Shown piece after piece: positions 1-8,109 of a stretch of 24,814 bases of DNA (its first letter is position 1; the number at the start of each line of letters is the position of its first letter). Source of the DNA: Aquificaceae bacterium (lineage in GTDB: Bacteria; Aquificota; Aquificia; Aquificales; Aquificaceae); the NCBI GenBank assembly GCA_037924335.1, contig JAXSMZ010000012.1, positions 1-24,814 on the forward strand, read 5' to 3'. The translations under genes were made by a program, and so were the position numbers. Under the pieces are notes generated by a model. That model saw only the letters and a program-made list of their open reading frames with translations, was not told the DNA's origin and made no database searches.

Positions 1-214
1 TAAGAACATTCCTCGCACCTACAATGTCTGCATCTTCCTCATATCCACACCGTAGGCACTTGAAATGCTCCCCATTGCGGTTCATCCTGTCCTGATATCC
101 ACACTCAGGACAAGTCCTGCTTGTGTAAGCAGAAGGAACTATGTAATGCTGGACGCCAGCGGTCTCGCATAGCTCCCTTATCCTCTTTATAACATACCCA
201 TACAACCAAAAGCG
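1..214 (-). pseudogene. tnpB: 5'-truncated TnpB (IS200/IS605/IS607 accessory RNA-guided nuclease) C-terminal fragment; continues beyond the window's left edge
   Basis: Manual translation of 214->2: RFWLYGYVIKRIRELCETAGVQHYIVPSAYTSRTCPECGYQDRMNRNGEHFKCLRCGYEEDADIVGARNVL. It contains YTSxxCxxCG, the second CxxCG of the zinc ribbon and the RuvC-III D-A-D-x-x-G-A-x-N motif. An in-frame TGA lies at 217-215 and no N-terminal coding region fits before yjbQ. Confidence 0.88.
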
Positions 215-280
215 TCAAGAGGTCTTTATGTTTCTAAACTTCTATATACGTCAATAGATTTCTATACATTCAGTGATTAG

Positions 281-306
281 TTTCTAATACCACACGTGGT
301 ATGAAA
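281..306. repeat. Imperfect hairpin/inverted repeat (possible IS end structure)
   Basis: TTTC-ta-ATACCAC-ac-GTGGTAT-GAAA; arms 287-293/296-302 are perfectly complementary and are extended by 281-284/303-306. Confidence 0.6.
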
Positions 307-312
307 TGTCAA
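284..312 (-). promoter_or_regulatory. Putative sigma70 promoter facing the tnpB remnant
   Basis: Minus strand TTGACA (312-307), 17-nt spacer ending in TGG, then TATTAG (289-284): perfect -35 plus imperfect extended -10. Confidence 0.5.
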
Positions 313-358
313 ATGGTTTATGATCATGCGCTATTTTTGAAACATCCTGAACAGCATT

Positions 359-367
359 TGATATAAT
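359..367 (+). promoter_or_regulatory. Extended -10 promoter for yjbQ operon (probably leaderless)
   Basis: TGA-TATAAT at 359-367, 8 nt before ATG 376, no Shine-Dalgarno in between. Confidence 0.65.
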
Positions 368-375
368 TATTGCAG

Positions 376-789
376 ATGAGGTCTTACACCGAGTATCTTG
401 TGTTTAATACTAAAGACAGAAAAGAACTCATCAGGATAACGGATGAGGTCAAAAGGATTGTTCAGGCTTCTGGTATAGAGGAAGGTCTTTGCCTTGTATC
501 TTCTATGCATCTTACAGCTTCTGTTATAATCCAGGATGATGAGGAGGGTCTTCACAAAGACATATTAGAATGGTTAGAGAAGTTGGCACCCTTCAAAAGG
601 GAATACGAGCATCACAGAACTGGAGAGGATAACGCAGATGCCCATCTTAAGAACCTTATGACCCACCTGCAGGTAATTCTTCCCATAACGGAAGGTAAGC
701 TTGACTTGGGACCATGGCAAGAGATATTCTACGCAGAGTTCGATGGACAAAGAAAGAAAAGAGTAGTTGTAAAAGTGATAGGCGTATGA
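376..789 (+). CDS. yjbQ: YjbQ/UPF0047 family protein (secondary thiamine-phosphate synthase activity family)
   Basis: Motifs H-x-T-A-S, Yx[18 protein letters not shown]...EFDG.R; ATG at 376 preferred to TTG 370. Confidence 0.9.
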   Translation: MRSYTEYLVFNTKDRKELIRITDEVKRIVQASGIEEGLCLVSSMHLTASVIIQDDEEGLHKDILEWLEKLAPFKREYEHHRTGEDNADAHLKNLMTHLQVILPITEGKLDLGPWQEIFYAEFDGQRKKRVVVKVIGV

Positions 790-1208
790 ATGGTGGTCTT
801 CATCAGCTTTATACAAGGAGAGCAAAGCACTTTTACTATGCCTTCTCATTCTTGCTGACGCTTGTCTTTTTGGGTAGTATTGTAACGTACCCCTTCTTTA
901 AACTACCTCTTCCAGGAAAGCTCAGATTCTATTTGAACCTTTTGACCCTTCTGTCTGGAAGTTTGTTCATACCCTTTTCTTTCCTTTTAAAAAAGAGACT
1001 CTTTCCTATACTTACGGAAAAAGACCACTACTGGAGTTACACAGCAACTAAATGGTACTTTTGGACCTTTTTGATATCTGGAGTACCCTTCTTTATAGCC
1101 TTTCTTTTTTATATAATATTTGCCGAAGTTTTCACACTAATGCTCGGTTATGCTTTAAGTCTGATGGGTTTGGTGTTAATAAAACCAAGGAAGGAGGATA
1201 TACTATGA
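786..1208 (+). CDS. Hypothetical integral membrane protein (about 4 TM segments, 140 aa)
   Basis: ATG 786 overlaps the yjbQ stop (ATGA); four hydrophobic stretches; its stop overlaps the next ATG. Confidence 0.8.
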   Translation: MNGGLHQLYTRRAKHFYYAFSFLLTLVFLGSIVTYPFFKLPLPGKLRFYLNLLTLLSGSLFIPFSFLLKKRLFPILTEKDHYWSYTATKWYFWTFLISGVPFFIAFLFYIIFAEVFTLMLGYALSLMGLVLIKPRKEDIL

Positions 1209-1429
1209 CAAGAGAAAGGGCTATAATGGAGCTTTTAGAAAGGGATAAGGAGTTCAAACATTACTACGAAAAGCACGAGGAGCTTGACAAGCTTGTAGCT
1301 AAGCTGGAGAAACATCATCCCATGACGCATGAGCTTGAGCTGGAAATAGAAAGGCTAAAAAAGGAAAAGTTATACTACAAAGACCTGATGGAGGAGAGGA
1401 TACAGAGATATATAAAGGAGAGTTCATAA
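1205..1429 (+). CDS. DUF465/YdcH family small coiled-coil protein (74 aa)
   Basis: AGGAGG SD at 1192-1197, ATGA overlap at 1205; H..LD..V..LE...LKKEKL..KD pattern. Confidence 0.8.
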   Translation: MTRERAIMELLERDKEFKHYYEKHEELDKLVAKLEKHHPMTHELELEIERLKKEKLYYKDLMEERIQRYIKESS

Positions 1430-2041
1430 AAGCTTACTGAAGGCATCCTCCCTTTCTTTGCACTTTACGCAGACACCGCAAGGTGAAACCTTTCTCCCTA
1501 TCTTTTTTGGCATAGCGCATGAGAGGGTAAGACGATAGGGAACTTTCTTGTAGAACCTCTTTATGACTTCTGCCTTTTCCATTCCCATAAAGGGTACTTC
1601 TATAGAAAACTCCTCCTTTGACCCTCTGCTTATAAGACTCTCTACATCCTTTATGTAGTTTATATTGTTGTCTGGAAAAGGATAAATTCCAAGGCTTCCT
1701 ATGGCAAGCCTTCTTATGCCCTTTTGCAAAGAATACATTGATGCGGCTGTTATGAGGGTTAAGTTTCTCAAAGGTATAAAAAGCTCAGACTTTCTGTAAA
1801 AGATCCTTTTAAAAAGGTTTTTTCCATCAATGCACACAACTCTCATGGGTTTTAGGTTTCTATAAACTTTCTTTGTATAGTGCCAAAGTTGTACAGCATT
1901 CTGTAGTTCTAATCTCTCCCAAGCTTCACCAGCCTTGATGTATATGGGATAAACCAAAAAATTCTTCTGAAGGTACATATAGAGCAAAGATGTGCTTTCC
2001 ACACCACCGCTGAAAAGAACGGCTACCTTAGCTGTACTCAC
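1424..2041 (-). CDS. QueC-like PP-loop ATPase (7-cyano-7-deazaguanine synthase family, divergent paralog)
   Basis: PP-loop FSGGVES, IPLRN, PFPDN, C-terminal SC...PCGVCVKC zinc site. Confidence 0.85.
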   Translation of the reverse strand: MSTAKVAVLFSGGVESTSLLYMYLQKNFLVYPIYIKAGEAWERLELQNAVQLWHYTKKVYRNLKPMRVVCIDGKNLFKRIFYRKSELFIPLRNLTLITAASMYSLQKGIRRLAIGSLGIYPFPDNNINYIKDVESLISRGSKEEFSIEVPFMGMEKAEVIKRFYKKVPYRLTLSCAMPKKIGRKVSPCGVCVKCKEREDAFSKLL

Positions 2042-2750
2042 CGGATATATGTCTCCCGCTGTCTAAGTTTATTATCTCTCCTGTCATGCTCTCCACATGT
2101 AGCAGGAACTCAGTAAGTCTAAGGATGTCTTCCAAGGATACTGTCCTCTTTAAGGGTGTTTTTTTAATGTACTCCTCCCACTTTTCCTGGGAGAGATCCT
2201 TTGGCTTTAGCACTGGCCCAAGAGCTATTGCATTGACAAGGATGTGAGGGGCAAGCTCCTTGGCAAGGACTCTAACCGCCATGTGAAGAGCCCCCTTAGA
2301 GATGAAGTAAGCCGAGTAATGTCTGTAAGGTGTTTTCTCAGCAGCCCAATCCCCAAAGGCAATGACCCTTCCCTTTACAGGGTCTTCCTTTTTGAGCATG
2401 ATGGGATGAAAGAGTTTGCAGAGCATTACAAAAGCCTCCACGTTGGGCAAAAAGTGCTTGTATATATCTTCCCTCTCCAAGGTCTCTAAAGGTGTGGGAA
2501 AGTAAGGGCTAGCTGTATGGATAATAGAGTCTATACCCCCAAGCTTTTCAAGGGTAAACTGGACTATCCTCTTGTAACTTTCTGGGTCCGTAAGGTCTTC
2601 CTTAAGACCAAATCCTCCCAGCCTTTCAAGCTCTTTAGCCTTATCCCAAGATGTGAGGTAAGTGAAAACCACCCCATAACCTTTACTTAATAGCTCTTTA
2701 GCTATATGAAAGCCTATCCTTCGAATGCCTGTTATTAGGGTCTTTTGCAT
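2028..2750 (-). CDS. Short-chain dehydrogenase/reductase, pteridine reductase (FolM/PTR1)-like
   Basis: N-terminal TGIRRIG (Arg-containing cofactor loop typical of pteridine reductases), catalytic D...YFISK, ELAP..VNAIA.G, MTGEII.LDSG. Confidence 0.8.
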   Translation of the reverse strand: MQKTLITGIRRIGFHIAKELLSKGYGVVFTYLTSWDKAKELERLGGFGLKEDLTDPESYKRIVQFTLEKLGGIDSIIHTASPYFPTPLETLEREDIYKHFLPNVEAFVMLCKLFHPIMLKKEDPVKGRVIAFGDWAAEKTPYRHYSAYFISKGALHMAVRVLAKELAPHILVNAIALGPVLKPKDLSQEKWEEYIKKTPLKRTVSLEDILRLTEFLLHVESMTGEIINLDSGRHISGEYS

Positions 2751-2753
2751 TTT

Positions 2754-4421
2754 TTACGTTTCCAAAATGGCTCCCTTTGAGGCTGAACTTACAAATTTTA
2801 CGTACCTCCTTAACCATGGGCTCTTTATTTTTTTCGTTTTAGGAACAAAGCTCAAGAGCCTTTCTTTCAGTTCTCCCTCGCTTATCAGAAGATCAAGCCT
2901 TCTGTTTGGTATGTCTATGAGAATATCATCTGAATCCTTTACTATCCCTATAGGACCCCCTGCTGCAGCCTCTGGTGCCACATGCCCAATGCATGCTCCC
3001 CTTGTACCGCCAGAAAACCTTCCATCCGTTATCAGAGCCACCTTATCTCCAAGGCCCATCCCCATTATGGCAGACGTGGGGGAGAGCATCTCCCTCATCC
3101 CAGGTCCTCCTTTTGGACCCTCGTAACGTATTACCACCACATGCCCTGGCTTCACTTTACCGTTCATTATCCCTTCTATGGCTTCCTCCTCCGAATCGAA
3201 GCATACAGCTTTCCCTCTGAAAACAAGCATCCTTGGATCTATTCCAGCTGTCTTTACAACGCACCCTTCTGGTGCAAGGTTGCCAAAGAGTATAGCAAGC
3301 CCACCCTCCTTGGAGTATGGACTTTCTATCTTTCTTATCACTTCACCGTCCGCTTCTGGGCTCTCATCTGCTATGTCCTTCAAAGTTTTTAAGCTTATGG
3401 TTGTAGCTTGTGGATTTGGAAGATAACCCCCCCTTATGAGCTCCTTCATGATAGCAGGAACACCACCAACGGAGTCAAGGTCCTGTATATGATACTGGGA
3501 AGATGGGGATATCTTGCATATGTTTGGAACCCTTTTGGAGATATGGTTTATTCTAGAAAGATCGTACTCAATTCCAGCCTCCCTTGCTATTGCGAGAAGA
3601 TGCAGCACTGTGTTTGAAGACCCCCCCATGGCTATATCCACCGCAAAGGCATTATCGAAAGCTTCTTTTGTGAGTATATCCCTTGGTCTTATATCCCTTC
3701 TTAGAAGCTCCATAATCTGCCTTGCTGCTTGTCTTGCAAGAATCTCTCTCCTTGGGTCTACAGCCGGTACAGTTCCATTACCTGGAAGGGCTAAACCCAA
3801 AACCTCCGTTATACAGTTCATTGAGTTGGCTGTGAAGAGCCCAGAACAGCTACCGCATGTGGGACAGGCATTCTCTTCTATCAGCTTCAGCTCCTTTTCA
3901 TCTGCCTTACCAGTCTTGAGCTGTCCTATACCTTCAAAAACTGAGATAAGGTCTACCCTTTTACCGTTTACCTCACCCGCAAGCATTGGACCCCCGCTTA
4001 TGAATACGGTTGGTACGTTTAGCCTTGCAGCAGCCATAAGCATACCTGGAACTATCTTGTCGCAGTTAGGAATGCAAACAAGAGCATCAAGCTGGTGAGC
4101 TTCAACAACAGTTTCTATGCTATCCGCTATTAGCTCTCTAGAAGGCAGAGAGTAATGCATTCCATAGTGTCCCATAGCTATTCCATCGTCCACACCTATC
4201 ACGTTGAACTCTATGGGGACACCGCCAGCCTTTCTTATCTCTTCCTTTATTGGTTTTACAAACTCCCTAAGGTGAACGTGCCCAGGTATGATGTCTATGT
4301 AAGAGTTGGCTATGCCTATGAGGGGTTTGTCAAAATCTTCGTCGCTAAGCCCACAAGCCCTAAGAAGTGCCCTGTGGGGAGACCTTTCCACACCTTTTTT
4401 AACGTTGTCGCTTCTCCACAT
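2754..4421 (-). CDS. ilvD: Dihydroxy-acid dehydratase
   Basis: PGHVHL, DDGIAMGH.GM.YSLPSRE, NCDKIVPG, CGSCSGLFTANSMNC, GGSSN, GPKGGPGMREML, TDGRFSG motifs; 555 aa. Confidence 0.98.
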   Translation of the reverse strand: MWRSDNVKKGVERSPHRALLRACGLSDEDFDKPLIGIANSYIDIIPGHVHLREFVKPIKEEIRKAGGVPIEFNVIGVDDGIAMGHYGMHYSLPSRELIADSIETVVEAHQLDALVCIPNCDKIVPGMLMAAARLNVPTVFISGGPMLAGEVNGKRVDLISVFEGIGQLKTGKADEKELKLIEENACPTCGSCSGLFTANSMNCITEVLGLALPGNGTVPAVDPRREILARQAARQIMELLRRDIRPRDILTKEAFDNAFAVDIAMGGSSNTVLHLLAIAREAGIEYDLSRINHISKRVPNICKISPSSQYHIQDLDSVGGVPAIMKELIRGGYLPNPQATTISLKTLKDIADESPEADGEVIRKIESPYSKEGGLAILFGNLAPEGCVVKTAGIDPRMLVFRGKAVCFDSEEEAIEGIMNGKVKPGHVVVIRYEGPKGGPGMREMLSPTSAIMGMGLGDKVALITDGRFSGGTRGACIGHVAPEAAAGGPIGIVKDSDDILIDIPNRRLDLLISEGELKERLLSFVPKTKKIKSPWLRRYVKFVSSASKGAILET

Positions 4422-4428
4422 ACTTTAT

Positions 4429-4434
4429 ATTATA
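4429..4434 (-). promoter_or_regulatory. -10 box of ilvD operon (probably leaderless)
   Basis: Minus strand TATAAT-ATAAAGT-ATG (ATG at 4421). Confidence 0.6.
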
Positions 4435-4441
4435 GGCACTC

Positions 4442-4990
4442 TCAGAGAAGAAAACAGATAAGGCTACCGCAGAGAGGAACAAGGAAGTTATCGTCCAACT
4501 TCAGAGGCAAAAGCTCTACAATGGCTCCAAAAAAGGAGACAATCAACGCTCTCTTTACATCTAAAAGGAGAAGGAGAGCAAGGAAGGAAGAGAGGAAGAA
4601 AGCAAAAAAACCCTCAAGGCTCTTTCCAAAGATTCTTGTCCTTCCCATGATCATTCCCACAAGGCCTGCAAAGGCATCTCCCACTGCAAGAAGAACCACA
4701 CCAGCAGAGGCACATAGGCTTCCAAAGAGAAGAAAGCTCAAAAATATTCCCACATTTGCCCAAAGGGCTTGTATGCTCGGTTTTTCTATGTTCCTTTCTC
4801 TTTCCAAGTAAAAAACAAAGTTGTACAGAGCTTTGAATCTGTTGATTCCAACTTTAAAAACTACGAGCAGGTTCAAAGCTATGACCACCAAAAATAAAAA
4901 CAGCATAACTTTTCTTTGAAGAGTTAAAAGTGGAATGAGCCATAAGGAGATTGTCAACAGGTGAAAGACCTTTCTTCTTATTTCGAGCAT
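4442..4990 (-). CDS. CTP-dependent diacylglycerol/polyprenol (dolichol/phytol) kinase family membrane protein (SEC59/DGK1/VTE5-like)
   Basis: RRKVFH, GDAFAGLVG, KSLEG, DDN motifs; multiple TM helices. Start placed at ATG 4990 (MLEIRRK); ATG 5005 is the alternative. Confidence 0.82.
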   Translation of the reverse strand: MLEIRRKVFHLLTISLWLIPLLTLQRKVMLFLFLVVIALNLLVVFKVGINRFKALYNFVFYLERERNIEKPSIQALWANVGIFLSFLLFGSLCASAGVVLLAVGDAFAGLVGMIMGRTRIFGKSLEGFFAFFLSSFLALLLLLDVKRALIVSFFGAIVELLPLKLDDNFLVPLCGSLICFLL

Positions 4991-5005
4991 GCTAAAATAT
5001 AGCAT
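4989..5005. promoter_or_regulatory. Palindromic bidirectional extended -10 promoter between the kinase gene and pyrB
   Basis: ATGCTA-AAATA-TAGCAT; + strand TGC-TAAAAT (4990-4998), - strand TGC-TATATT (5004-4996). Confidence 0.65.
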
Positions 5006-5007
5006 AC

Positions 5008-5892
5008 ATGAGACATATAATATCTACAAGGGATTTAACAAAAAGGGACGTCGATGAAGTCTATGTCCTTTTCAAGGAATTCAAGAAGGGTAGGAAAGAA
5101 AGGCTCGATGGAGATGCAGCCCTGGTTTTTCTGGAAAGTTCTACAAGGACAAGGTTTTCTTTCGAAAGAGCATGTAGATTGCTTGGGCTCAGGACTTACT
5201 TTGCTGGAAGGGGAGAGATGTCCATAGAAAAAGGGGAGACCTTTTATGAAACTGTTAAAGCTCTATCAACCATAGGGTTTAATGTCCTCATATTCAGAGT
5301 TCCCTTTGTCTTTTTCCCTTACGAGAGATACATAGAAGAAAAAATATGTTTGATAAACGCTGGGGATGGAGCGCACCAGCATCCTACTCAGGGTTTTATA
5401 GACCTCTTTACCGCTCTCGAAGTTTATGGTTCCTTAGAAGGTCTAAAAGTTCTTTACGTGGGGGATATATTTCATAGTAGGGTCTTCAGGTCTGGCTCCC
5501 ATCTCTTTAAGATGTACAATGCCACAGTAGGTGTTTGCTCCCCAAGAACTCTTCTGCCAGCTGACCTTTCAGCCTTTGGGGTTGATAGGGTTTTTGACCA
5601 TTTAGATGAAGCCATCGATTGGGCTGACCTTCTCATCCAGCTTAGGCTTCAGGAGGAGAGGTTCAGAGAGAACCATATAGCATCCAAGGAGAGTTACTTT
5701 CTTCAGTTTGGCCTTACAAAGGAAAGATACGAAAGGCTAACGGGATACTTTATGCATCCTGGTCCTGTAAATCTCTACGTGGACCTGGACGGAGATATCC
5801 TTTATTCCCAAAAGTCTCTCGTTACAAAGCAGGTGGAAAACGGGCTTTATGTGAGGATGGCTGTTGTTTACAGGGTTCTAAAGGATGATTAG
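5008..5892 (+). CDS. pyrB: Aspartate carbamoyltransferase catalytic subunit
   Basis: FLESSTRTRFSFE carbamoyl-phosphate motif, KGET, NAGDG.HQHPTQ, RLQ.ER, MHPGP. Confidence 0.96.
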   Translation: MRHIISTRDLTKRDVDEVYVLFKEFKKGRKERLDGDAALVFLESSTRTRFSFERACRLLGLRTYFAGRGEMSIEKGETFYETVKALSTIGFNVLIFRVPFVFFPYERYIEEKICLINAGDGAHQHPTQGFIDLFTALEVYGSLEGLKVLYVGDIFHSRVFRSGSHLFKMYNATVGVCSPRTLLPADLSAFGVDRVFDHLDEAIDWADLLIQLRLQEERFRENHIASKESYFLQFGLTKERYERLTGYFMHPGPVNLYVDLDGDILYSQKSLVTKQVENGLYVRMAVVYRVLKDD

Positions 5893-6382
5893 GATTGTGT
5901 TTTTTAGTGTGTTCTTTTTAGCACTCTCTGCATTTGTCAACTCTTACGTGAAGAAAACCTATGAGAGCATTTCAAAGGTGAAGAGCTCAACGGAGAGCAG
6001 TGCAGAAGGGATAAGCATAAAGGCTTATGGAAAGTCTGGGATTGAATGGACCATAACGGGTAGGTATCTTTACATAAAGGGGAGTCGCTTAGAGCTAAAG
6101 GATGCTGTGTTTAGAACTGATAAAGAAGAAATAAGGGCAAAAAGTTCTACTATAGACAGGGATACGCTAAAGGGTCTTGTGGAAGGTGGGGTGAAGCTTA
6201 CGGGTGAAGGGCTGTATACAGAAACTCAAGGGGCAAACCTTGACCTTAAAGAAGGGAAGATATACGGCAGTGGTGAGGTTCATTTGAAAGAAGGAAACAA
6301 GGAAACTTGGGGAAAGGGGTTTATTATATATTTGAGGCCTACGAAGGTTATAATTGAAAATGCTAAGGTGAGGATAGAATGA
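5885..6382 (+). CDS. lptC: LptC-like LPS export periplasmic protein
   Basis: Single N-terminal TM anchor, beta-rich jellyroll-like remainder, directly upstream of lptA. Confidence 0.6.
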   Translation: MIRIVFFSVFFLALSAFVNSYVKKTYESISKVKSSTESSAEGISIKAYGKSGIEWTITGRYLYIKGSRLELKDAVFRTDKEEIRAKSSTIDRDTLKGLVEGGVKLTGEGLYTETQGANLDLKEGKIYGSGEVHLKEGNKETWGKGFIIYLRPTKVIIENAKVRIE

Positions 6383-6828
6383 AACGCATAATGCTTTTTT
6401 TTCTTGCTTTAGGACTTTGTTTTTCCCAACCAATACTTGGGGAGGCGGATAAGCTAACCTATGAAAAGGACAGAATAGTTTACACAGGAAACGTTAAACT
6501 GACAAAGGGCAATGCGATACTCACAGCTGACAAAGTGGTCGTATATATAGATGAGAAGGGAAAACCAAAAAGAGCTCAAGCCGAGGGGAACGTCAAGTAC
6601 GTAGAGGGGGATAGGAGGGCGCATGCTACGAGCGTTGAGTACGATTTTCAAAACGATGTGATAAAGCTCTTTGGAAATGCTAAGGTAGAGGACAACAAAA
6701 ACTTTGTGGAGGCTGATGAGATAATATACTACAAAAAGGAAAACAGAGCCATAGCTATAAGCAAGGGCAGTAGAGTAAGAACTTTTTACGTGGAGGATAA
6801 AGATGAGAAAGTCAGAGATAATAGATAG
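6379..6828 (+). CDS. lptA: LptA/OstA family LPS transport periplasmic protein
   Basis: Signal peptide; EADKL.Y, YTGNV.LTKG...LTADKV, A.GNV, L.GNAKV..., ADEI.Y OstA pattern. Confidence 0.88.
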   Translation: MKRIMLFFLALGLCFSQPILGEADKLTYEKDRIVYTGNVKLTKGNAILTADKVVVYIDEKGKPKRAQAEGNVKYVEGDRRAHATSVEYDFQNDVIKLFGNAKVEDNKNFVEADEIIYYKKENRAIAISKGSRVRTFYVEDKDEKVRDNR

Positions 6829-7084
6829 AATATCAAAGGAGCAGAAGATCCCTAAGAAAGTTACCGGTGATATCCTTGAAGATGTCCTCTCATCGATAGT
6901 GGACGTTGTTTTACAGAAGGGTAAGCTTGAGGTAAGAGGTTTTGGTGTTTTTAAACTCAGGAGAAGGAATGGACGCTTTACTAGGAATCCTAAGACAGGG
7001 ATGGAATTGTACGTGGATGAGAAGTATCTTATATCCTTCAAACCATCTAAAAAGTTGCTAAAGAAACTAAATGAAAAAGTTTGA
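6803..7084 (+). CDS. HU/IHF family DNA-binding protein
   Basis: MxKSEII..I, RGFGVF, RNPKTG, FKPSKKL. Confidence 0.93.
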   Translation: MRKSEIIDRISKEQKIPKKVTGDILEDVLSSIVDVVLQKGKLEVRGFGVFKLRRRNGRFTRNPKTGMELYVDEKYLISFKPSKKLLKKLNEKV

Positions 7085-8105
7085 TGTTGTCATAATAGGT
7101 GGTGGGCCTGGTGGATCTTCCTGTGCTTACAAACTATCGTCCTGGGGAGCTAATGTTCTCGTTGTTGATTTTAAAAGGAGCATAGGTACACCTGTTCAGT
7201 GTGCGGAGTACGTCCCCGTGCAGCTTTACAACCAGTTTAGGGAGTTCTTCCCAAAGAAGGCAATAGCTCAGAGGGTTTTTGACATGGTAAGTTTTACACC
7301 TTGGGGGCAGACTGTGAGGATGCCCTCTGAAGGCTTTGTTCTGAATAGGAATATCTTTGACCATCATATTGCTAAGCTTGCTGAGGAGAAGGGGGCAATT
7401 TACACGTTGAGAACTCAGTTCCTGGGCTTTGAAGAAGGCAGAGTATGGTTGGAGAGAATAGAGAGCAGAGAAAGGTTCTGCGTGAAGTCAGACTTTGTAG
7501 TGGGAGCAGATGGTCCTCACTCTAAGGTTGCAAAGCTTACTGGAGAATACACAAAAAGCTTTCTAAGGACAGCTCAGGCTACATTGCTCCTCAAAAAGCC
7601 TCTACATGACCTTTTAGTATATTTCAAAGAATACATACCCGGTGGGTACGGTTGGGTATTCCCAAAGGGGAATGTTGCTAACGTAGGAGTTGGTGTAGAC
7701 ATCGATTACCCTGTAAACCTTATGGAGAGCTTAAGTAGGTTTTTGGAAGATGTGGTAAAAGAAGACATCGTAGAAGATAGAGTTGTCAGTAGAACGGGGG
7801 GATGGATACCATCCGATGGACTTTTAAAACCATTAAGAGGAAATGTGCTCCTTGTTGGTGATGCAGGTGGTTTTTGTCACCCTATAACGGGCGGTGGTAT
7901 AGCCAATGCTGTGCTTTCCGGCTCTATGGCAGGAATGGCTATACTGTCTGGTAAAGTAAGAGATTACGAAGAAGAAGCCCAAGACATCTTTGGGGATACT
8001 CTTCTGAGAGCATCTATGAAAAGGAAAAGGTACATGAAAAGATGGGAAAACCTTGAGTGTATAATACCTATGACGTGGATAGCTTTTGAAGAGTACTGGA
8101 GGTGA
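7071..8105 (+). CDS. Geranylgeranyl reductase family FAD-dependent oxidoreductase
   Basis: GGGPGG FAD loop, PVQCAE, R..FD, GADG..S, PGGYGWVFPKG, GDAGGF..PITGGGI. Confidence 0.88.
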   Translation: MKKFDVVIIGGGPGGSSCAYKLSSWGANVLVVDFKRSIGTPVQCAEYVPVQLYNQFREFFPKKAIAQRVFDMVSFTPWGQTVRMPSEGFVLNRNIFDHHIAKLAEEKGAIYTLRTQFLGFEEGRVWLERIESRERFCVKSDFVVGADGPHSKVAKLTGEYTKSFLRTAQATLLLKKPLHDLLVYFKEYIPGGYGWVFPKGNVANVGVGVDIDYPVNLMESLSRFLEDVVKEDIVEDRVVSRTGGWIPSDGLLKPLRGNVLLVGDAGGFCHPITGGGIANAVLSGSMAGMAILSGKVRDYEEEAQDIFGDTLLRASMKRKRYMKRWENLECIIPMTWIAFEEYWR

Positions 8106-8109
8106 AGGT

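Noticed and set aside
214..312. A bona fide CRISPR array next to a Cas12f-like gene
   Set aside because: Only one repeat-like unit and one 8-nt partial copy; no regular repeat-spacer periodicity; nuclease fragment lacks RuvC-I/II. Kept only as a low-confidence hypothesis in findings.
714..1204. Upstream extensions of ORFs 714-1208 and 1052-1429
   Set aside because: They overlap neighbouring genes extensively; ATGA-coupled starts at 786 and 1205 (the latter with an SD) are much better.
2725..4811. Several long plus-strand ORFs (e.g. 3514-4098, 4155-4811, 2982-3392) opposite ilvD and the kinase gene
   Set aside because: Antisense shadows of well-supported genes; no recognisable motifs or initiation signals.
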